IMG/VR virus record: IMGVR_UViG_3300048691_000182 | Coordinates: 32,280 to 96,279 of that record | Length of the DNA: 64,000 bases | Direction: 5' to 3' (one strand) | From: a virus | Shown here: positions 60,085 to 64,000 of the stretch, one piece after another | Numbering within the stretch: position 1 is the stretch's first letter | Layout of the letters: every line of letters starts with the position of its first letter | Notes under the pieces: generated by a model | Seen by the model: only the letters and a program-made list of their open reading frames with translations | What the model was told of the DNA's origin: nothing | Database searches by the model: none | Position numbers and translations under genes: made by a program

Positions 60085-60191
60085 GCTACTTTATCTCTTA
60101 GTGTTCTAAACACTTTATTACCTATTAAGAAGTCTTATTTTTATAGACTTCTTAATAGGTAATATGTCGATTTTTTATAAAGGAGAAAGAA

Positions 60192-60737
60192 TTGAACGAG
60201 GAAATTAAAATTGGTTCTATAGTAACCCCTTGTAAAGAAGGAATTTATCTTCGCAGTGGGGGCGAAGCATGGGTCGGTGCTATTGTTTGTTCGATCGACC
60301 CTTTCATTATGGTGAGTGAAGACACCACAATGCGGTGGTCGTGTGAAAAGATAGAAAATTACTGTGTTGTAAGTACAGGTACTGATGAACAATTGCAAAA
60401 ATGCATGCGTCGCTTAGAACCTAACGAGCGACCAGTTAATTTTGTTATGGAATCGGTCAAAGTTAAGAGTCTGTATAATCTCTTTGATATTGTTCGACAT
60501 ACAAAGTCAGAACACAACTACATCGTCACAGGCACGCCTGAGTTTAACCAACTGACATCACCAAGGTCTCCTGCCTACACTTACAGGCGAGAAGATGGTA
60601 GTGATGCAGTAACGTATATTCGACCTAAAGAAGCAATGGAAGATGGACGTTTTGTTTTAGTTAAAGAGTATGTACCTAGTCCTTTAAAATTAACTGGAAC
60701 AGCATCTAGTATAGTTATCTTAAATGAACTTGGATAA
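60192..60737 (+). CDS. Hypothetical two-domain protein
   Basis: 181 aa, AAGGAG RBS with TTG start; C-terminal half has an SH3-like VRH.KS..Y...YIRP...MEDGRF pattern. Confidence 0.6.
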   Translation: MNEEIKIGSIVTPCKEGIYLRSGGEAWVGAIVCSIDPFIMVSEDTTMRWSCEKIENYCVVSTGTDEQLQKCMRRLEPNERPVNFVMESVKVKSLYNLFDIVRHTKSEHNYIVTGTPEFNQLTSPRSPAYTYRREDGSDAVTYIRPKEAMEDGRFVLVKEYVPSPLKLTGTASSIVILNELG

Positions 60738-60752
60738 AATAAAGGAAAGAAT

Positions 60753-61220
60753 ATGAAGAGTTTTACTGGTGCTATTTTCAAACCAATGCTAGAATGGTTT
60801 TATGAAAATGAATCTAAAGTATATGTGACGTTTGCTGTTTCTGATCCTGGTGTTGCGGCAAAACCATGGTTTCCTGAAAGAGCACTAGAAAAAATTGAAA
60901 TTGGTGATACTAATGGAAATAAACTGGGTCAAGTCCAGGTCATTACTATCAACCTTGGGCCGGATGCCGTTGATCAATTTAAATATTGGCCAGAAGGTTT
61001 TTCTGTTTTTGTAAGATTTAACGGTGAACCGTGTGATATTTATGTGCCATACAGTGCTGTAATTTCTTTACATAATCCTAACGGAAGGAAATGGTTTGCT
61101 GATTACGTTGCTGTTTCTTTAAGAACTACTGAGACTGAAGTTATAAAAACTCCTATCCAAACAACCAAACAAACTAAACCATCAAAAGTTAACTTTTTAA
61201 AACTAGTTTCAAAGGACTAA
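60753..61220 (+). CDS. sspB: SspB-like ClpXP adaptor (stringent starvation protein B)
   Basis: ITINLGPDAV, VRFNG..CDIYVPYSAVISL match the SspB core (IVLNI.P.AV, ARFGG...VP..AVLAI); unstructured linker ends in an XB-like FLKLVSK. Confidence 0.7.
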   Translation: MKSFTGAIFKPMLEWFYENESKVYVTFAVSDPGVAAKPWFPERALEKIEIGDTNGNKLGQVQVITINLGPDAVDQFKYWPEGFSVFVRFNGEPCDIYVPYSAVISLHNPNGRKWFADYVAVSLRTTETEVIKTPIQTTKQTKPSKVNFLKLVSKD

Positions 61221-61222
61221 AA

Positions 61223-61861
61223 ATGAAAGTATTGTCTCTACATAAAGCTGACTCTGGTTTCTGGAGAATGCTAGTAAATGGTAAAGTGCACCCTTTGTTA
61301 GTTGGCTTTAAATTTCAGGATGAAGCCATTAAAACTGCTGCAAAAATGTTTCCTGATTCTATTTTTCTAGAAGAACCTAAAACGTATCTTAACTGGACAT
61401 TACCAGGTGAAGAAATTAAAACGCCTTTTGAATTACCTCCCATAATTCAAGAATCGATTAGTCTTGGGTATTTAATAAATTTACTTAAAGATAAGTTTAG
61501 CGTTAGTTACATGCCGTTGAGTACTGGTAAAAGAAAACTTAACAATAAACCAGATTACGTAAATGAGGACGAAATACGAAACTTATCACTTGGTACAAAC
61601 TTGTACACCCTAAGTAATGAAAGCCTTAAAACATTTTCATTTTCTATTGGTGTAATTCCAATTGAACCTTATGCTATTTATGTAGGATTACAATTAGAAA
61701 ATTGTGTTGAAATATTGGTTAATCTAAATAATCCATTTGTCCACACTTTTATTCGTTTTGACAATAATGAAGCAAATAAGAATGCTTGGCTTAATTGGAC
61801 ACATGAATTAGTTAATATAGACAAACATGTGCTTAAAGACACTTTGGAAGAGAATTTCTAA
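61223..61861 (+). CDS. Hypothetical protein
   Basis: 212 aa. Confidence 0.6.
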   Translation: MKVLSLHKADSGFWRMLVNGKVHPLLVGFKFQDEAIKTAAKMFPDSIFLEEPKTYLNWTLPGEEIKTPFELPPIIQESISLGYLINLLKDKFSVSYMPLSTGKRKLNNKPDYVNEDEIRNLSLGTNLYTLSNESLKTFSFSIGVIPIEPYAIYVGLQLENCVEILVNLNNPFVHTFIRFDNNEANKNAWLNWTHELVNIDKHVLKDTLEENF

Positions 61862-62607
61862 TGATCCCTATTAAACAGACTGTTCTTCACGATCCAGCTA
61901 ACGGTAAAATAGGTAATTGTTTAAGTGCCGTATTAGCATCTATTCTCCACATACCTATTGAAGATGTACCTAATTTTCAAGACCCACTTAATTGGTTAAG
62001 AGATTTGAATAAATGGTTACGTCCACATGGTCTTGGTTATATAAATTACGAAGACTATGACCTTTGGACAAACCACCAAGAACTCACAGGAAGCTACCAT
62101 CTCATCTCAGGCAACACCAATCGCTCAGTTGATGTCTCACATGCCTGTGTTGGTTTAGACTCCTATGTAGTCTTTGATCCACATCCTAGTGACGATGGTC
62201 TTATTAATAAGAATTGTTATGGTGTATTTGTTGTTTTGCGTCCATGGGAAGTAGCACAATTAAATTCAATGACTGTTGAGAAAGCTAATAATATACTTTC
62301 TGAAGAAAATGTCTTCTTACTACACAGAACAGAAGAAAATAATATTTCTATTGATAAATTTGGTGGTGTGGATCACGTTACCTTAGATGGTAAGTTTACC
62401 AAAGAACAACTGAAAGCTATGGTTTTTCTAATGGAAGAAAATGAAAAAGCTAAACCAGTTAGTAGAAACGTTACTAAAGAAGAGCATGATTTATTAATGG
62501 CTGCAACTCTACGGTCATCGATTGTTATTGCAAAGGGTAGACTGGTAGAGCCTAAATCTACTGTTCAAACTTTTCCAATATCACAAGACAGTAAAACAAT
62601 GCTTTAA
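61861..62607 (+). CDS. Hypothetical protein with N-terminal papain/C39-like peptidase motif
   Basis: Q..GNCLSAVLASIL, HACVG and VFDP (Cys-His-Asp). Confidence 0.5.
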   Translation: MIPIKQTVLHDPANGKIGNCLSAVLASILHIPIEDVPNFQDPLNWLRDLNKWLRPHGLGYINYEDYDLWTNHQELTGSYHLISGNTNRSVDVSHACVGLDSYVVFDPHPSDDGLINKNCYGVFVVLRPWEVAQLNSMTVEKANNILSEENVFLLHRTEENNISIDKFGGVDHVTLDGKFTKEQLKAMVFLMEENEKAKPVSRNVTKEEHDLLMAATLRSSIVIAKGRLVEPKSTVQTFPISQDSKTML

Positions 62608-62706
62608 GTTGCATGCTTTATAACGCTTAATTCTACAACAGAACAATTAAAAGAAACTACAAAATAATTATTTACTATACTCACTAATAATGTAGTGAGA
62701 TTAAGT

Positions 62707-62781
62707 GCCGTTGTAACTCAGAGGAAGAGTACCTGCCTTGTAAGCAGGAAGTCGAGATTTCGAAATTCTCCAACGGCACCA
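62707..62781 (+). tRNA. trnT: tRNA-Thr(UGU)
   Basis: GCCGTTG/CAACGGC acceptor stem, CCTGC-CTTGTAA-GCAGG anticodon arm, ACCA end. Confidence 0.93.
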
Positions 62782-62809
62782 TTTACTATCCTAGTTTAAA
62801 AGGAAACTC

Positions 62810-62992
62810 ATGAATATAGTTTTTTTTCTTTGGGTAGCGATTCTAATCGTTGGAGCAGTTTTAAAAGCTGTCTTTAAGGATTCTAAACATATAAAAACTA
62901 TTAATAAAGTAATTTGGTCATTACTTGGTGTAATGACCTTAATAGTAGCTCTTGGATTATTATTTATAATAAATAGAGTTTTAAGTATATGA
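62810..62992 (+). CDS. Small membrane protein with two TM helices
   Basis: 60 aa, two hydrophobic helices, AAGGA RBS. Confidence 0.65.
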   Translation: MNIVFFLWVAILIVGAVLKAVFKDSKHIKTINKVIWSLLGVMTLIVALGLLFIINRVLSI

Positions 62993-63177
62993 AATATTCA
63001 GAACAAGACCTTGTCGATCTTAATGAATTAAAAAAGAAAATAGCTTCTGGCGAGGCTACTCTATCAAGTCCTTTTGAAGGCATGGATAAACCATGGTCTC
63101 AGGAAGATAAAGATAAGTTAGCAGAATGTTTAAGTACCGTATTTAATTGGAAAAAGATCCAGATAAAAACAATTTAA
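62989..63177 (+). CDS. Hypothetical protein
   Basis: 62 aa, ATGA overlap. Confidence 0.55.
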   Translation: MKYSEQDLVDLNELKKKIASGEATLSSPFEGMDKPWSQEDKDKLAECLSTVFNWKKIQIKTI

Positions 63178-63293
63178 ATTTAAATAATTATTTAAGTCTA
63201 AGTCCTACTCTTTTAGTGGACTTAGACAGTAAGACGTATGACGTAAGGATAATTTTACATACCTTTATTAACTTATGTGAAAACAAAAAGGAA

Positions 63294-63548
63294 ATGAAAT
63301 TGTCTCTCACAAAGGAAGAAGTAACTACTATAATCAAAAATCTTGCCTTAGAGAATTTTGATATTATTCGTAGCGAATTAGATTTTAGTGTAGCCGGTGC
63401 TGAATATCTCGATTATAATTCTTTGGATAAAATGAATTTTATCATGTCTTTGGAATTTAAATTTAGCATCGTAATGAGCGAAGCTGACGCTTACTGTATG
63501 AATAATTTACAAGAAGTAATTGATTACGTTTATGAGAAATTAAAATGA
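63294..63548 (+). CDS. Acyl carrier protein-like (divergent, NSLD motif)
   Basis: 84 aa acidic protein; LDYNSLDKMNFIMSLEFKFSI...LQEVIDYV; start ATG 63294 with AAGG RBS. Confidence 0.7.
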   Translation: MKLSLTKEEVTTIIKNLALENFDIIRSELDFSVAGAEYLDYNSLDKMNFIMSLEFKFSIVMSEADAYCMNNLQEVIDYVYEKLK

Positions 63549-63829
63549 AATTAACCTCTCTAGAAATTGAAGATAAAATAAAAACTTTGATATTTGAGGA
63601 ATCAAAGCTTTATACAGGCATCGTTAAGCCAGCAAGTAAAGAAGAAATTTTAGACACTCTTGAACTGAAAAAAGATCTTGGTTTTGATTCTATTGATGTT
63701 ATTGAATTCGTTATGTTACTCGAAGTCGAATTTAACGAAAATGAAATTTTCTTATCAGACGAAGATTTTGATAAGACTAAATCAGTGCAAGATTTTGTAA
63801 ATGTTGTTTTAAAACTAAAGGGTTTTTAA
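63545..63829 (+). CDS. acpP: Acyl carrier protein
   Basis: DLGFDSIDVIEFVMLLEVEF phosphopantetheine-site motif; SVQDFVNVV. Confidence 0.85.
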   Translation: MKLTSLEIEDKIKTLIFEESKLYTGIVKPASKEEILDTLELKKDLGFDSIDVIEFVMLLEVEFNENEIFLSDEDFDKTKSVQDFVNVVLKLKGF

Positions 63830-63830
63830 A

Positions 63831-64000
63831 ATGTCAAATGAAGTTAGTTTTAGTATTGATTTTAAAGAAAAGATTCGTGCTACTATTATTGAAGCAACAT
63901 TGAATTTGTTTACCAAAGAACAAATGGATGAACTTGTTAATGGAGAAATAAAAGCTTTCTTTTATTCTGGTGTCGCTGGTGCTGGGGACGTTTGTAGTCC
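63831..64000 (+). CDS. Hypothetical protein (3'-truncated)
   Basis: ATG 63831, frame open to the window end. Confidence 0.5.
   Translation, partial: MSNEVSFSIDFKEKIRATIIEATLNLFTKEQMDELVNGEIKAFFYSGVAGAGDVCS

Noticed and set aside
59883-60107. tmRNA
   Set aside because: It has a full D stem, no G3-U70 alanine acceptor or CCA end, is too short, and shows no convincing tag reading frame.
1-64000. CRISPR array, transposase or alternative genetic code
   Set aside because: No regularly spaced direct repeats or transposase motifs were seen, and core genes are intact in the standard code.

Overview
The window is AT-rich DNA from a phiKZ-like, nucleus-forming jumbo phage (Chimalliviridae-type). About 1-55 kb is conserved core. 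It carries a gp181-like tail muralytic protein, virion RNAP beta and beta' subunits, the head maturation protease, tail tube and sheath, the large terminase, a family B DNA polymerase, a probable chimallin shell protein, a non-virion RNAP beta' subunit and an SbcD-like nuclease. About 55-64 kb is an accessory island with six tRNAs, a DarG-like macrodomain, an SspB homologue and two tandem acyl carrier proteins. The strongest signals are non-coding. (1) A ~235-nt intergenic RNA (57751-57987) reproduces the 23S rRNA uL11-binding/GTPase-associated centre (H43-H44) with compensatory base changes and a 160-nt insert. (2) A tRNA-Leu(UAA) carries a group I intron at position 25/26 instead of in the anticodon. 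(3) A tRNA-like RNA has a ~90-nt structured domain in place of the anticodon loop. (4) A ~500-nt, apparently doubly pseudoknotted RNA candidate lies upstream of the DNA polymerase. (5) An ORF-less group I intron splits the NAD|FDGD catalytic motif of the nvRNAP. phiKZ gp numbers are assigned from synteny, size and motifs from memory, not from database searches.
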